Positions 40,289 through 53,239 of a stretch of DNA of 64,000 bases are shown here, one piece after another. The notes under the pieces are model-generated. The model saw only the letters and a program-made list of their open reading frames with translations. It ran no database searches and was not told the DNA's origin. Position numbers and translations under genes: made by a program. Source of the DNA: Gammaproteobacteria bacterium. GTDB lineage: Bacteria > Pseudomonadota > Gammaproteobacteria > Steroidobacterales > Foliamicaceae. Location: assembly GCA_963666765.1 (NCBI GenBank), contig OY762933.1, positions 716,074-780,073 of the forward strand. Direction: 5' to 3'. Each line of letters begins with the position of its first letter. Position 1 is the stretch's first letter.

Positions 40289-42127
40289 TTACACCGCCAG
40301 CCGGCTGAGTCGCCGCTTGCCGTAAACGAGATTGACCACCGCCCGGGTGCCCACGATGGCGGTAAACATCGACATCAGGATGCCCAGCGACAGCGTGATG
40401 GCGAAGCCCTTGATCGGACCGGTGCCGAAGGTAAACAGCACGATTGCCGCGATGAGCGTGGTGATGTTGGCGTCAGCAATCGTCACCAGGGCTTTCTCGT
40501 AGCCGGCCCGGATGCTCGCCTGCGGCGAATTGCCGTTGCGCAATTCCTCGCGGATGCGCTCGAAAATCAGCACGTTGGCGTCCACCGCCATGCCGACCGT
40601 CAGCACGATGCCGGCGATTCCGGGCAGTGTCAGCGACGCCTGCAGCAGCGACAGCAGCGCCACGATCAGCACCAGGTTCGCGGCCAGCGCCAGTGTGGCG
40701 ATCATGCCGAATACCCGGTAATAGATGCTGATGAACAGCACTACCAGCAGCAGGCCGGCCAGAATGGCGCGCATGCCCTGGTTGATGTTGTCCTGGCCGA
40801 GTGACGGCCCCACGGTTCGCTCCTCCACCTTGAAAATGGGCGCCTCCAGGGCTCCGGCCCGCAACAACAGCGCCAGGTCGCGCGCCTCCACCACGTTCAG
40901 CCCGGTGATCTGGAAGCGGCTGGAGAACACGCCGCGGATAGTCGCGTCGCTGATCACCGTTTTCTCTTCCCGGGTTACGGACTCGCCGCGCTCATCCAGT
41001 TCGCGCTTGGTCTCGATGAACAGCACGCCCATGGGCCGGTTCAGGTGTTCCTGGGTAGCCTCCAGCATCGCGTCCGCACCGCGCGCCGCCAGGTTGACGT
41101 GCACGGCCGGCTGCCCGTTCTCGTCGAAGCCCTGCCGGGCGTCCACCAGCTGACCGCCGTCGGCGATCACGGCGCGCCTCAGGAGAATCGGCCGGCCGTC
41201 CGTGTGATACTGCAACTCGCAGCCAAGCGGGGCCCGCCCCAGCCGATCGGCTTCCAGGGCATTCTCTTCGTAGCACGTAATCCGAAACTCCACGGTGGCG
41301 GTGGAACCGAGAATCCGCGAGGCTTGCGCCGGATCCTGCACTCCCGGCAGCTGTACGACGATGCGCCCCAGCCCCTGGCGCTGAACCAGGGGTTCCGCCA
41401 CTCCCAGTTCGTTCACGCGGTTGCGCAATATCGTGATGTTCTTGCTGACGGCGTTGTCGCGCAGTTCCCTGAGGCGCGCCTCCCCCAGTGTCGCCGTGAT
41501 CCAGCCGGATTCACCGTCAATGCCCGAGTCGTATTCAAGATCGGGCTCGATTTCGGTCAGCAGCTCTTCCGCCAGTTCCAGGTCCTCCCGGCGGCGCAAT
41601 TCGACCCGTACCGCGCCGTCCAGCGGCTGCACCGTGCGCCGGATTCCCTCTTCGCGCAGGCGCCGGCTGAAGTCGTCGGCGTATCCCTCGACCCGCTTGG
41701 TCACTACGGAATCGGTGTCCACCTCGAACAGGAAATGGACGCCCCCCTGCAGGTCCAGCCCCAGGCTCATGGGTCTCAATCCAAGCGCGGCAACCCAGTC
41801 GGGCGTTCGGGGCACGAGGTCCAGCGCCAGGATGTAACCCGGGCCGAGTTGCTCTACCAGCAGGTCCCGCGCGCTGAGCTGGTCTTCCACCGAATCGAAC
41901 CGGATCAGCAGGGAATCTCCCCGCCGCCGCGCGCCAAGGATTTCATATCCGGCCACGGCAAGCGCCCGGCGGGCGGAATCGGCCTCCATCTCGCCGAGTT
42001 CACCCTGATCCTCACGCGATATGAGTACCGCCGGGTCGTCCCCGTAGATATTGGGAAGCGCAATCAGCCCGCCGCCGACAACGGCGATCAATACCAGCAG
42101 GTTCTTCCAGAGAGGATAGCGATTCAT
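40289..42127 (-). CDS. secD: Protein translocase subunit SecD
   Basis: LGLDLQGGVHF, RVNELGVAEP, VGPSLG, GMAVDANVLIFERIREE. Confidence 0.96.
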   Translation of the reverse strand: MNRYPLWKNLLVLIAVVGGGLIALPNIYGDDPAVLISREDQGELGEMEADSARRALAVAGYEILGARRRGDSLLIRFDSVEDQLSARDLLVEQLGPGYILALDLVPRTPDWVAALGLRPMSLGLDLQGGVHFLFEVDTDSVVTKRVEGYADDFSRRLREEGIRRTVQPLDGAVRVELRRREDLELAEELLTEIEPDLEYDSGIDGESGWITATLGEARLRELRDNAVSKNITILRNRVNELGVAEPLVQRQGLGRIVVQLPGVQDPAQASRILGSTATVEFRITCYEENALEADRLGRAPLGCELQYHTDGRPILLRRAVIADGGQLVDARQGFDENGQPAVHVNLAARGADAMLEATQEHLNRPMGVLFIETKRELDERGESVTREEKTVISDATIRGVFSSRFQITGLNVVEARDLALLLRAGALEAPIFKVEERTVGPSLGQDNINQGMRAILAGLLLVVLFISIYYRVFGMIATLALAANLVLIVALLSLLQASLTLPGIAGIVLTVGMAVDANVLIFERIREELRNGNSPQASIRAGYEKALVTIADANITTLIAAIVLFTFGTGPIKGFAITLSLGILMSMFTAIVGTRAVVNLVYGKRRLSRLAV

Positions 42128-42161
42128 GCGCGCAGCGGCGCCGGGGCGCCGGGCATACGGT

Positions 42162-42494
42162 TCAGATGCCCTTGATCGTTCCCTTGGGCAGTACCGCGCT
42201 CACGCTCTGCCGTTGCACCTTGACCTGCACGTCTTTGGCCACTTCCACCGTCACGAACTGGTCGGCAACGCCGGTAATGCGCCCGACCATGCCTCCGGAG
42301 GCCAGCACTTCGTCGCCCTCGGCCAACGCGGCCACCAGCGCCCGGTGCGCCTTGGTGCGCTTGCTCTGCGGGCGAATGACCATGAAATACATGACCGCGA
42401 AGATCAGCACCATGGTGAAAATCATCGGCAGCATGCTGGGGCTTTCGCCGCCCTGCTGGGCCCAGGCGGGAGAAATCAGTATGTCGAGAGGCAT
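42162..42494 (-). CDS. yajC: Preprotein translocase subunit YajC
   Basis: YFMVIRPQSKR, GDEVLASGGMVG, LPKGT. Confidence 0.95.
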   Translation of the reverse strand: MPLDILISPAWAQQGGESPSMLPMIFTMVLIFAVMYFMVIRPQSKRTKAHRALVAALAEGDEVLASGGMVGRITGVADQFVTVEVAKDVQVKVQRQSVSAVLPKGTIKGI

Positions 42495-42604
42495 GACTGT
42501 TGAGTCCGTATGTGGCTTGTTCCTGACCTGAAATTATCGCACACCACACCGCTCCGCGCCCGCCTTTCCGCGCTGCCGGCACAGCATCGCCGACCCTCCA
42601 ACCC

Positions 42605-42737
42605 GCCCCGCGCATCGCCCTTCCCTTCCCGGCAGACGCATTAATCCATCCATGGAGCTTGGTTCCGCTGTGAGCGCCGGGTCTTCGGCGCTCACTGGCT
42701 CACACACTCCCGGGAAGGGAAGGGCGATGCGCGGGGC
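42605..42737. repeat. 133-bp palindromic element with 28-bp perfect terminal inverted repeats
   Basis: GCCCCGCGCATCGCCCTTCCCTTCCCGG (42605-42632) pairs with 42710-42737; inner 10-bp hairpin at 42670-42695. Confidence 0.85.
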
Positions 42738-42744
42738 TATTCGA

Positions 42745-44855
<2,111 letters not shown>

Positions 44856-44906
44856 GCGCGCATTGTAGGGAAACTACGTCGTGTCGTGCCCGGGCGCCGG
44901 TGGAGC

Positions 44907-45887
44907 TTAGGGAACGGCAGGCCTGCTCGGGCGCAGCAGGTTGCCCCGGGTGATCCTGCCGGAGCGCTCCGGCAACTCGAACCGGACCGTACGGCTTCGC
45001 TTGTGCCGCACGACTTCCAGTTCCACTTCCTCGCCCGGCTCATACGAGCGGAGAATGCGCGTGGCCTGGCGCGCGTCCCTGAACGTCCGTCCGCCGATCT
45101 TTCGGATCACGTCGCCGTCCTCAAGCCCGATGTCCTCGTTCTCGGGCGCACGAACGACCAAAAGACCATTATCAACGCCGAAATACTCGCCCAGGGCAGG
45201 CGTGAGTTCCGCGACCTGCAGTCCGACTAGTCGCCACGCCATGCTGGAGAAAGACAGAGGTCCCGAAGAACGGGGACCCACGTGCACTACCCTGCTCTCG
45301 CGCCTGACGCCAGTGTCCTCATCCACTTTGACTTCCACTTCCACGTTGCCGCCTCCGGCGGTGAAACGGTTCTCCAGCCCTTGGAACATTTTCCGGTAAC
45401 GCTGCGCCATGCGCTCCGCGTCAACCCCCGGCAATTCAGTTCGCGTGCGGGAGACAAGCCCTGGCGTCCAGACTTCAGTCGTAACTTGCGCTTCAGATTC
45501 GCTGCCATCACGCCTGTACTTGATCTTGACCTCACTACCCGGCTCCGTCTCGGCCAGTAAGTCGCGCAGGCGCCGGTACGACTCATTACCGCTGTCGCCG
45601 GCCAGGGCCTCTTCATTGATCGCGGTCAGCAAATCGCCTGCCCTCAGGCCCGCCTTTTCCGCCGGTCCTCCCGGGGATACGGACAGCACCGGCAGCCCTT
45701 CGACAGACCCCTCCACCCAGTTGCCTACGCCGACGCCAATGCGGGAGCCGCGTAGCTCCACCAGGGCCACGGTATCCTGTCGCAACCCCTCAAGCCATTC
45801 TTCCAGACGCTCTTCGTCCGACTGGGCCTGCAAGGCCTGCGGAACACCCACTAATACCAAGAACGGGATTAATGCAAGAATTTTCAT
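44907..45887 (-). CDS. Secreted tandem-PDZ domain protein
   Basis: Signal peptide; SVSPGGPAEKAGLRAGD; second PDZ LGEYFGVDNGLLVV...GLEDGDVI. Confidence 0.75.
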   Translation of the reverse strand: MKILALIPFLVLVGVPQALQAQSDEERLEEWLEGLRQDTVALVELRGSRIGVGVGNWVEGSVEGLPVLSVSPGGPAEKAGLRAGDLLTAINEEALAGDSGNESYRRLRDLLAETEPGSEVKIKYRRDGSESEAQVTTEVWTPGLVSRTRTELPGVDAERMAQRYRKMFQGLENRFTAGGGNVEVEVKVDEDTGVRRESRVVHVGPRSSGPLSFSSMAWRLVGLQVAELTPALGEYFGVDNGLLVVRAPENEDIGLEDGDVIRKIGGRTFRDARQATRILRSYEPGEEVELEVVRHKRSRTVRFELPERSGRITRGNLLRPSRPAVP

Positions 45888-45918
45888 CGTCAGTTTCTCC
45901 TGTCTCTTTTCAGGCGAA

Positions 45919-46578
45919 CTAGAAATCGGCGTAAATGTAGCCGGCCTGCTCCGCTTCGGCTCGCCGCAGATCGAAGAGGTCTTCCATCAGCAAGGCTCTT
46001 TCCTGCAGCAACCTGCGGGGAATCGCCGGGTCGCTGGAGTTAAGCGACGCCGGGATCAGGCCTTCATCCAGCAGCGCGATCTCGTCTTCCAGTTCGGTGG
46101 TCAACCCGAACGAGCCCACTTCCACGACCCGGCCCGGCCCGGAAAGATCAATCATGGGAAGCGCCCGCAATCGCTCTTCCTGGAACTGCGAAAACGCGAT
46201 CAGTGCGTCCATATCCATCTGTTGGAGTTGCCGGCCAAAGTCAGCTACGAAGCCGCCGGCCGTCGAATCGAGTCCGGTTGCATCGAAAGCCGTCAATCCT
46301 TCCGGCCCCGGATTCCCGGAAACATTGCTCGCCGGATCGCCGGAGAAAATGCCTGCGCCCATTTGCAGGCCGACTACCGCGACAGCGATACCGGCTGCGA
46401 CCGCCATTCCACCGCCCCAATAGCGCCGGCGGCGCGACTCAAGCCGCCGTTGGGCGTCATGACGCTCAAGCACGCGCTTCCAGCCGCCTTCGGGCGCCCT
46501 CTTCCCGGGCATGGCCCTCAGGGCCGCTGAAATGCTGCCGCCGTCGGCAGGACTGTCTGCAATTCGATTGCGGTTCAT
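45919..46578 (-). CDS. Single-pass membrane protein, probable anti-sigma factor
   Basis: One TM helix (YWGGGMAVAAGIAVAVVGL); directly downstream of the ECF sigma gene. Confidence 0.5.
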   Translation of the reverse strand: MNRNRIADSPADGGSISAALRAMPGKRAPEGGWKRVLERHDAQRRLESRRRRYWGGGMAVAAGIAVAVVGLQMGAGIFSGDPASNVSGNPGPEGLTAFDATGLDSTAGGFVADFGRQLQQMDMDALIAFSQFQEERLRALPMIDLSGPGRVVEVGSFGLTTELEDEIALLDEGLIPASLNSSDPAIPRRLLQERALLMEDLFDLRRAEAEQAGYIYADF

Positions 46579-46588
46579 CGGATCTCCT

Positions 46589-47182
46589 TCAGGCGATCAT
46601 CGCCTGACGCACCGGCGCCGCGGAGGTTTCAGCGGCGGGAGCGAGGCGCTTCCGCAGTCGCTTGTGGGCGCGCGCCAGTTGCGATTTGGAAAAACTGCTG
46701 GTGCGATTCATCATTTCGGCGATTTCCTTGTGCGTGTATCCCTCCACATCGTGCAGCCATACCACTGCGCGGGCCGTCGGCGTCAGGCTGTCGAGGGCCG
46801 CCTCCAGGTCCATCGCCAGTTCCGGCGTTTCTTTGTTGGCTGCAATCTCGTAGGTCCCTTCCTCACCGACAATTTCGGAGAAAAGCAGGCGGCGGCGGTT
46901 CCACGCGGCGCGCATGTGCATCAGGCAACGCGAAACGGCGATGCGCCGGATCCATGTGGCCAGGGAGGCCTCTCCCCGGAATTTTGCTATGCCCCGCAGC
47001 ACTTCCACGAAACTCTCCTGAAGTATGTCGTCCGCCACCGCGGGCGAGCCGGTCATGCGCAACGCGAGCGTGTAGACCGGGTCCGCGAACTGGCGGTAGA
47101 TGATTTCATGCGCCTTCATATCGCCGCGCTGAGCGGCGCGCACAAATGCCGGATCGATCGTCTTGTTGGCAAAGCCCGACAT
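46589..47182 (-). CDS. ECF RNA polymerase sigma factor
   Basis: DDILQESF, LATWIRRIA, VVWLHDVEGYTHKEIAEM, SKSQLARA. Confidence 0.92.
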   Translation of the reverse strand: MSGFANKTIDPAFVRAAQRGDMKAHEIIYRQFADPVYTLALRMTGSPAVADDILQESFVEVLRGIAKFRGEASLATWIRRIAVSRCLMHMRAAWNRRRLLFSEIVGEEGTYEIAANKETPELAMDLEAALDSLTPTARAVVWLHDVEGYTHKEIAEMMNRTSSFSKSQLARAHKRLRKRLAPAAETSAAPVRQAMIA

Positions 47183-47221
47183 GTTCCGATAGATGCGATT
47201 CCCTTGCGGATGGTTGCAACG

Positions 47222-47490
47222 CTAGTGTCGTGTCACGCCCGTATTGTCGCATCAGAGCGAGCGTAGCGTGTCCCTGTAAGGCGCAGCCGGCACGGAATAC
47301 TTCGCCGTATTGCGAACGGCTGCAACGCCGCAGGGGCGCGCTACGCCCGCTCCCGAAGGGCGTGTTTCCCCTGGCCCGTGGCGGCGTTGCGCCCCTGGGA
47401 AATGGGAGGCGCCATTCCCGGCGGAACGCGCCTTGCCACGAACCAGGGGAAACACGCTGATGCGACAATACGGGCGTGACACGACACTAG
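47222..47490. mobile_element. 269-bp CTAG-ended structured element, copy B
   Basis: 34-bp perfect terminal inverted repeats; shares a 39-nt identical core and the arm layout with copy A. Confidence 0.8.
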
Positions 47491-47509
47491 TGTATCCTTC
47501 CGTTCCGGC

Positions 47510-47593
47510 GCCGGGATGGCGGAATTGGTAGACGCACCGGACTCAAAATCCGGCGGGGTGAAACCCGTGCGAGTTCGAGTCTCGCTCCCGGCA
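47510..47593 (+). tRNA. tRNA-Leu(CAA)
   Basis: GCCGGGA/TCCCGGC acceptor, CCGGA-CT-CAA-AA-TCCGG anticodon arm, long variable arm; CCA not fully encoded. Confidence 0.93.
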
Positions 47594-47647
47594 CCGCCAG
47601 AACTCAGCGCCATCACCTCAATCCAAGCAAACTCACTCGAACTACCC

Positions 47648-48196
47648 GTGCCGGCGCCTCCCAACAAGTTCTGCGGCCAGTGCGGCGCTCCGGTAACGCG
47701 CCGCATCCCGGAGGGTGAGGACCGCGAGCGCGAGGTCTGCCCCGTCTGCCGGTTCATTCACTACCGCAACCCCATCCCGGTCGTGGGCTGCGTGCCGGAA
47801 TACGAAGGGCGCATTCTGCTGTGCCGCCGCGCCATCGATCCGCGGCTTGGCTACTGGACGGTGCCGGCCGGCTTCATGGAACTCAATGAAACGCTGGAGG
47901 AGGCCGCGGCGCGCGAGACCCGCGAGGAAGCCTGCGCCGAGGTCCGCCTGGGCGAACTCTTTTCCATAGTGGACGTGCCGCGGGCGGGACAGGTGCACTT
48001 CTTCTTTCGCGCCGAAGTCGTCAACGGCAAATTCGAGCCCGGCATCGAATCGCTGGAAACCCGCCTGTTCGAGCCCGGCGAGATTCCGTTTGACGGCATC
48101 GCCTTTCGAAGCGGCATAATCGCCCTGCGCCGCTACCTGGCCGGCCCCGATGCGGGATTGACGCTGGATGCGGTTCGTCCCGACGCGCCGGATTGA
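47648..48196 (+). CDS. Nudix hydrolase with N-terminal zinc ribbon
   Basis: FCGQCG...CPVC; Nudix box PAGFMELNETLEEAAARETREE. GTG start chosen so the gene clears the tRNA. Confidence 0.88.
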   Translation: MPAPPNKFCGQCGAPVTRRIPEGEDREREVCPVCRFIHYRNPIPVVGCVPEYEGRILLCRRAIDPRLGYWTVPAGFMELNETLEEAAARETREEACAEVRLGELFSIVDVPRAGQVHFFFRAEVVNGKFEPGIESLETRLFEPGEIPFDGIAFRSGIIALRRYLAGPDAGLTLDAVRPDAPD

Positions 48197-48241
48197 TTAT
48201 CATTCGCACCTGGCTCTGGAAACCTCTCGAATACAACAGCT

Positions 48242-48565
48242 ATGACCTTTCTGGTACTGGAAAGCTGCATCAAGTGCAAATTGATGGACTGCGTGGAAGT
48301 CTGCCCCGTGGATTGCTTCCACGAGGGTCCCAACATGCTCGTGATCGATCCCGAGGAGTGCATCGATTGCACGCTGTGCGAGCCCGAATGCCCGGTGGAC
48401 GCAATCGTTTCCGAAGACGAGATTCCACCCGGCCAGGAAGACTTCCTGGAGCTCAATGCGGACCTGTCGCAGCAATGGCCGGTCATCACCGAAGCCGGCG
48501 AACCTCCGCCCGACGCCGACGACTGGCGCGAAGTGGAAGAAAAGCTTCAGTACCTCGAACGCTGA
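48242..48565 (+). CDS. fdxA: 7Fe ferredoxin (FdxA type)
   Basis: [18 protein letters not shown] and [12 protein letters not shown]. Confidence 0.92.
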   Translation: MTFLVLESCIKCKLMDCVEVCPVDCFHEGPNMLVIDPEECIDCTLCEPECPVDAIVSEDEIPPGQEDFLELNADLSQQWPVITEAGEPPPDADDWREVEEKLQYLER

Positions 48566-48582
48566 CGCGTCCGAACTATGCG

Positions 48583-49317
48583 TTATTCCGATTGCAGGTC
48601 TTCGCTCAGGATCGCCGCCAGGCGCGCCGGCGGGACATAGCCGGGAATAAGCTGTCCGTCCGGGGTGACCAGCGCCGGAGTGCCCGTGAGGCCGATCTGC
48701 CGGCCCAGTTCAAAGTGGCGTTGCACCGACATCGAGTCGCATTGGCGCTGCGTAACGAAACCGCCGGCTTTCGCCAGGGTCAGCGCCTCCGGACGGTCGT
48801 CCGCGCACCAGATGGATTGCATGGTGGTCCAGGTGTCCGTGTCTGGCCCCGAGCGCGGGAAGGCCACGTAGCGCACGCCGATACCCAGGGCGTGATATTC
48901 CGCCATCTGCTGATGCAGGCGGCGGCAATATCCGCAAGTCACGTCGGTGAATACCAGCAATTGATGGGCAGTTTCGTCCGGCAGGAAATCGAGCGTGTCC
49001 CACTCGTCCAGGCTTACCATGAGCTCACGGCGTACCGCGCCGCGGCGCTGCTCGGACAGGTTCTCGCCGGTTGACACGTCCTCCAGGTCCCCGGATCCGA
49101 GGAAACCAAAGCGGCCTTCGGCATCGACGTAGGCCAGCCGGTATCCGAAACGCAATTCATACAGGCCCTCGATCGGAGTAACCCGCACTTCGTCCGCATT
49201 TACGTATTTTTCCTTAAGCCCGGCTATGTCGGCTTCCGCAGTTGCGCCATCGTCGGAATGAAGCGCAAGCGGAACCAGTAGCAATAGCGCAGGTGCAATC
49301 AGCCGCAAGGATTTCAT
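48583..49317 (-). CDS. dsbC: Thiol:disulfide interchange protein DsbC
   Basis: Signal peptide, dimerisation domain, VFTDVTCGYC, GTPALV. Confidence 0.9.
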   Translation of the reverse strand: MKSLRLIAPALLLLVPLALHSDDGATAEADIAGLKEKYVNADEVRVTPIEGLYELRFGYRLAYVDAEGRFGFLGSGDLEDVSTGENLSEQRRGAVRRELMVSLDEWDTLDFLPDETAHQLLVFTDVTCGYCRRLHQQMAEYHALGIGVRYVAFPRSGPDTDTWTTMQSIWCADDRPEALTLAKAGGFVTQRQCDSMSVQRHFELGRQIGLTGTPALVTPDGQLIPGYVPPARLAAILSEDLQSE

Positions 49318-49368
49318 GCCTGACCTTTGCCTTTGGTGCTTGCGCTCAATTATAGGTGGCGCTGGGGA

Positions 49369-51405
49369 TCAGGACGCCAGCGCCTGGTCCGGGTCCGGCA
49401 GGCCCAGGCCTTCGCGCCGCAACAGCAGGATTTCGTCCCGCAGGTTCGCGGCCTCCTCGAATTCCAGGTCCTGCGCGTGCCGGTACATGCGCTTTTCGAG
49501 CTGCTTGATCTTTTTCATCACCTGCTCGGGTTTCAGCGCGCGGTATTCGGACACCCGCTCCGCCACCCTGCGCGCCGGCCTGCGGCGGCTCCGCCCTCTG
49601 ACCACCGCACCCTCCATGATGTCCGGCACGTCCTTCTGAATGCCGCGCGGTTCTATGCCGCGCTCCCGGTTGAAAACCAGTTGCCTGCCGCGCCGGCGGT
49701 TGGTTTCCTCCAGCGCTGCATTAATCGCGCCGGTGCGCCTGTCCGCATACAGGATGGCCATGCCGTTTAGATTGCGCGCGGCCCGTCCGATGGTCTGGAT
49801 CAGCGAGCGTTCGGAACGCAGAAACCCTTCCTTGTCGGCGTCGAAGATCGCCACCAGCGACACCTCGGGCATGTCCAGGCCTTCGCGCAGGAGGTTGATG
49901 CCCACCAGCACGTCGAATACGCCCAGGCGCAGGTCGCGAATGATCTCGACCCGTTCCACCGTGTCGATGTCCGAGTGCAGGTAGCGAACCCGCACGCCGT
50001 GCTCCTCGAGGAACTCGGTCAGATCTTCGGACATGCGCTTGGTCAGTGTCGTGATCAGGACCCGTTCCTTGCTCTCCACGCGCAGGCCGATCTCGGACAG
50101 CACATCGTCAACCTGGCGGGAGGCGGGACGCACCTCCACGCGCGGATCGATCAGGCCGGTGGGACGTACGACCTGCTCCACCAGCGCGTCCGAGCGCTCG
50201 TGCTCGAACGGCCCCGGGGTGGCCGATACATAGATGGTTTGCGGAGAAATCCGTTCGAATTCCCTGAACCGCAGGGGACGGTTATCCAGTGCCGAGGGCA
50301 GGCGGAAGCCGAATTGAACCAGCGTTTCCTTGCGGGACCGGTCCCCACGGAACATGCCGCCCAGTTGCGGCAGGGTCACGTGACTCTCGTCCACGAACAA
50401 CAGCGCATTGGCCGGCACGTAGTCGAACAGGCAGGGCGGCGGTTCGCCCGGTTCCCGTCCGGACAGGTAACGGCTGTAGTTCTCGATCCCTGTGCAGTAA
50501 CCCACCTCGAGCATCATCTCGATGTCGAACAGCGTTCGCTGCTCCAGCCGCTGCGCCTCAACCAGCCGCTGCTCCGAGCGCAGGACCGAGAGGCGCTCCC
50601 TGAGTTCCCTCCTGATCTTGCCCACCGCTCCTTCCAGCGTCTCGCGCGGCGTGACGTAGTGCGTCTTGGGGTAAATCGTGACGCGCGGCACGCGCCGACC
50701 CATTTCGCCCGTCAGCGGGTCGAAAAAGCGAATGTCCTCCACTTCGTCGTCAAAGAGCTGCACCCGGACCGCCTCACGCTCGGATTCCGCCGGAAATATG
50801 TCGAGAACGTCGCCGCGCACCCGGAAGGTGCCCTGCCGCAGTTCCGCCTCGTTGCGGGTGTACTGGAGGTCGGCCAGGCGCCTGAGCAGGTCGCGCTGAT
50901 TGACGCGATCCCCGCGCACCAGGTGGAGGATCATCCGGAAATACGTATCCGGATCGCCCAGGCCGTATATGGCCGAAACGGTGGCGACGACGATGGTGTC
51001 CTTGCGCTCCATCAGCGCCTTGGTCGCCGACAGCCGCATCTGCTCGATGTGCTGGTTAATCGAGGCGTCCTTCTCGATATAGGTGTCCGTGGAAGGAACG
51101 TAGGCTTCCGGCTGGTAGTAGTCGTAGTACGACACGAAGTACTCGACCCGGTTGCCCGGGAAGAAGTCCCGGAACTCCCCGTAGAGCTGCGCGGCCAGCG
51201 TCTTGTTGGGCGCCAGTACCAGTGCCGGCCGCTGCTGCCGGGCCAGGACGCTGGCCAGCGTATAGGTTTTTCCGGAACCGGTAACGCCCAGCAGGGTCTG
51301 GCGCGCCAGGCCGGCATCCAGCCCGTCGCACAGGGCCTCCACGGCCTCCGGCTGATCCCCCGCCAGCTCGAAATCGGCCTGCAGTTCGAAGCGGTCGCTC
51401 TTCAT
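49369..51405 (-). CDS. uvrB: Excinuclease ABC subunit B
   Basis: [33 protein letters not shown]-terminal UVR domain FEEAA.LRD. Confidence 0.97.
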   Translation of the reverse strand: MKSDRFELQADFELAGDQPEAVEALCDGLDAGLARQTLLGVTGSGKTYTLASVLARQQRPALVLAPNKTLAAQLYGEFRDFFPGNRVEYFVSYYDYYQPEAYVPSTDTYIEKDASINQHIEQMRLSATKALMERKDTIVVATVSAIYGLGDPDTYFRMILHLVRGDRVNQRDLLRRLADLQYTRNEAELRQGTFRVRGDVLDIFPAESEREAVRVQLFDDEVEDIRFFDPLTGEMGRRVPRVTIYPKTHYVTPRETLEGAVGKIRRELRERLSVLRSEQRLVEAQRLEQRTLFDIEMMLEVGYCTGIENYSRYLSGREPGEPPPCLFDYVPANALLFVDESHVTLPQLGGMFRGDRSRKETLVQFGFRLPSALDNRPLRFREFERISPQTIYVSATPGPFEHERSDALVEQVVRPTGLIDPRVEVRPASRQVDDVLSEIGLRVESKERVLITTLTKRMSEDLTEFLEEHGVRVRYLHSDIDTVERVEIIRDLRLGVFDVLVGINLLREGLDMPEVSLVAIFDADKEGFLRSERSLIQTIGRAARNLNGMAILYADRRTGAINAALEETNRRRGRQLVFNRERGIEPRGIQKDVPDIMEGAVVRGRSRRRPARRVAERVSEYRALKPEQVMKKIKQLEKRMYRHAQDLEFEEAANLRDEILLLRREGLGLPDPDQALAS

Positions 51406-51479
51406 TGCGGCACTGTACCATTTCACGCAACCTCGACCGATAAAATACGGCCTCAAGACACACGCGAGTGAGCCTCATC

Positions 51480-52664
51480 ATGACCACCATCCAGCTTTCC
51501 GAACGGGTTCAGCGGGTCAAGCCATCAGCCACCATTGCCGTATCCACGCTGGCCCGCGAAATGCGGGCGGCGGGACGTGACGTGCTCAGCCTGAGCGCGG
51601 GCGAGCCCGATTTCGAAACCCCCGAGCATGCCCGCGCCGCCGCCGCGGCAGCCATGGAATCCGGCGACACGCGCTACACGGCGGCCGACGGCACTCCGGC
51701 GCTGAAACAGGCGATTTCCAGAAAATTCGCGCGCGACAACGGCCTTGACTACGAACCGGCCCGGATCACCGTGGGCGCCGGCGCCAAGCAGGTCCTGTAC
51801 AACATCTGCGCGGCGGTGCTGAACCCCGGCGACGAAGCCATCGTGCTGGCGCCCTATTGGGTGTCCTATCCCGACATCGTCAAGTTGTGCGACGGAACGC
51901 CGGTGGTGGTTTCGGCCGGACTGGAGGCAGGCTACAGGGTCACGCCCGATCAGATCGAGGCGGCGATCACCGAACGGACCCGGCTGATCTTTTTCAACAC
52001 GCCGAACAACCCGACCGGAGTGAGTTTCAGCCGGTCCGAACTCGAGGCGCTGGGCGAAGTTCTCAGCCCCCATGAGCGCATCCTCGCCGTTTCCGACGAC
52101 ATCTACGAGCATATCTACTGGGGCGACGAGCCCTGGTTGACGCCCGCCCAGGTATGGACGGACATGCGTGACCGCATCATCACCGTCAACGGCGTGTCCA
52201 AGGCCTATGCCATGACCGGATGGCGGATCGGCTACGCCGGCGCCAACGTCGAGCTGGTCAACGCCATGCGCAAGCTTTGCAGCCAGAGCACCTCCAACCC
52301 CTGCAGCATCTCACAGGCCGCCGCGGCAGCCGCGCTCGAAGGCGATCAATCCATCCTCGCCACCATGCGCGATGCCTTTCATGAGCGGTATGAATACATG
52401 TATGGGGCCGTCAACGCCCTGCCGGGCATGCGCTGCGCTCCGGCCCAGGGCGCCTTCTACGTGTTTGCCGACGCCCGGGAGGCGATCCGGGCCAAGGGCC
52501 TGGACAACGACACCGAGATGGCGGAGCTGATCCTGTCCGAAGCCGAAGTGGCGCTGGTGCCCGGGGCGGCCTTCGGCGCCGAGGGACACCTGCGCTTCTC
52601 GTTCGCCTGCGGCATGGACGATCTGAAGGAAGCCATCCGCCGTCTGCGGAAATTTCTCGCCTGA
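51480..52664 (+). CDS. PLP-dependent class I aminotransferase (aspartate aminotransferase-like)
   Basis: [36 protein letters not shown]. Confidence 0.92.
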   Translation: MTTIQLSERVQRVKPSATIAVSTLAREMRAAGRDVLSLSAGEPDFETPEHARAAAAAAMESGDTRYTAADGTPALKQAISRKFARDNGLDYEPARITVGAGAKQVLYNICAAVLNPGDEAIVLAPYWVSYPDIVKLCDGTPVVVSAGLEAGYRVTPDQIEAAITERTRLIFFNTPNNPTGVSFSRSELEALGEVLSPHERILAVSDDIYEHIYWGDEPWLTPAQVWTDMRDRIITVNGVSKAYAMTGWRIGYAGANVELVNAMRKLCSQSTSNPCSISQAAAAAALEGDQSILATMRDAFHERYEYMYGAVNALPGMRCAPAQGAFYVFADAREAIRAKGLDNDTEMAELILSEAEVALVPGAAFGAEGHLRFSFACGMDDLKEAIRRLRKFLA

Positions 52665-52696
52665 GACCTCCGTTACGGCTAAAATTGCCCCGCGCT

Positions 52697-52772
52697 TCCC
52701 CGGTAGCTCAGTTGGTAGAGCGGTTGGCTGTTAACCAATTTGTCGCTGGTTCGAGTCCGGCCCGGGGAGCCA
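52697..52772 (+). tRNA. tRNA-Asn(GTT)
   Basis: TCCCCGG/CCGGGGA acceptor, GTT anticodon, GGTTCGAGTCC, encoded CCA; 76 nt. Confidence 0.95.
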
Positions 52773-52838
52773 TATTTCCTGCGGCCGGCAACGGGACGTC
52801 TGTAGTCAATCCTGCCCCAAGACAACGAGGTAACGCAC

Positions 52839-53051
52839 ATGGCGACAAGCGAGATTATTTTCGAGGTCACCGAGTCGATGGAAGGTGGATACGATGCACG
52901 AGCCCTGGGGCATAGCATCTTCACGCAGGGCGAGGACTGGCCCGAGTTGAAGGCAATGGCGCGGGATGCCGTGCTCTGTCACTTCGATGAAGCGGATGTG
53001 CCGAGAGTCATCCGATTGCACCTCGTAAGAGAGGACGCCATCGCCGTATGA
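52839..53051 (+). CDS. HicB-like antitoxin
   Basis: EIIFEVTESMEGGYDARALGHSIFTQGEDWPELKAMARDAVLCHF fits the HicB fold; overlaps a hicA-like start. Confidence 0.7.
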   Translation: MATSEIIFEVTESMEGGYDARALGHSIFTQGEDWPELKAMARDAVLCHFDEADVPRVIRLHLVREDAIAV

Positions 53052-53146
53052 AGGTTCCGCGCGACCTCTCCGGTGAGAAGGTCGCAAAGCTGCTCGCTCG
53101 GCACTACGGGTATCGCGTGGCTCTCAGAAGATCAGAAATTCGCTGA
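53048..53146 (+). pseudogene. Truncated HicA-like toxin
   Basis: MKVPRDLSGEKVAKLLARHYGYRV then unrelated sequence and TGA at codon 33; the GSH motif is missing. Confidence 0.65.
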
Positions 53147-53239
53147 CGATCTGGCCCGGGAAATGGGAGCCCCTCATAGGAAACGAATCAGATTGACCGA
53201 CACTTACCAGAAACACACATTCTAGCAGCCGCCCGCGAT

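Noticed and set aside
47516-47647. N-terminal extension of the Nudix ORF
   Set aside because: It overlaps tRNA-Leu entirely; GTG at 47648 gives a normal-length protein.
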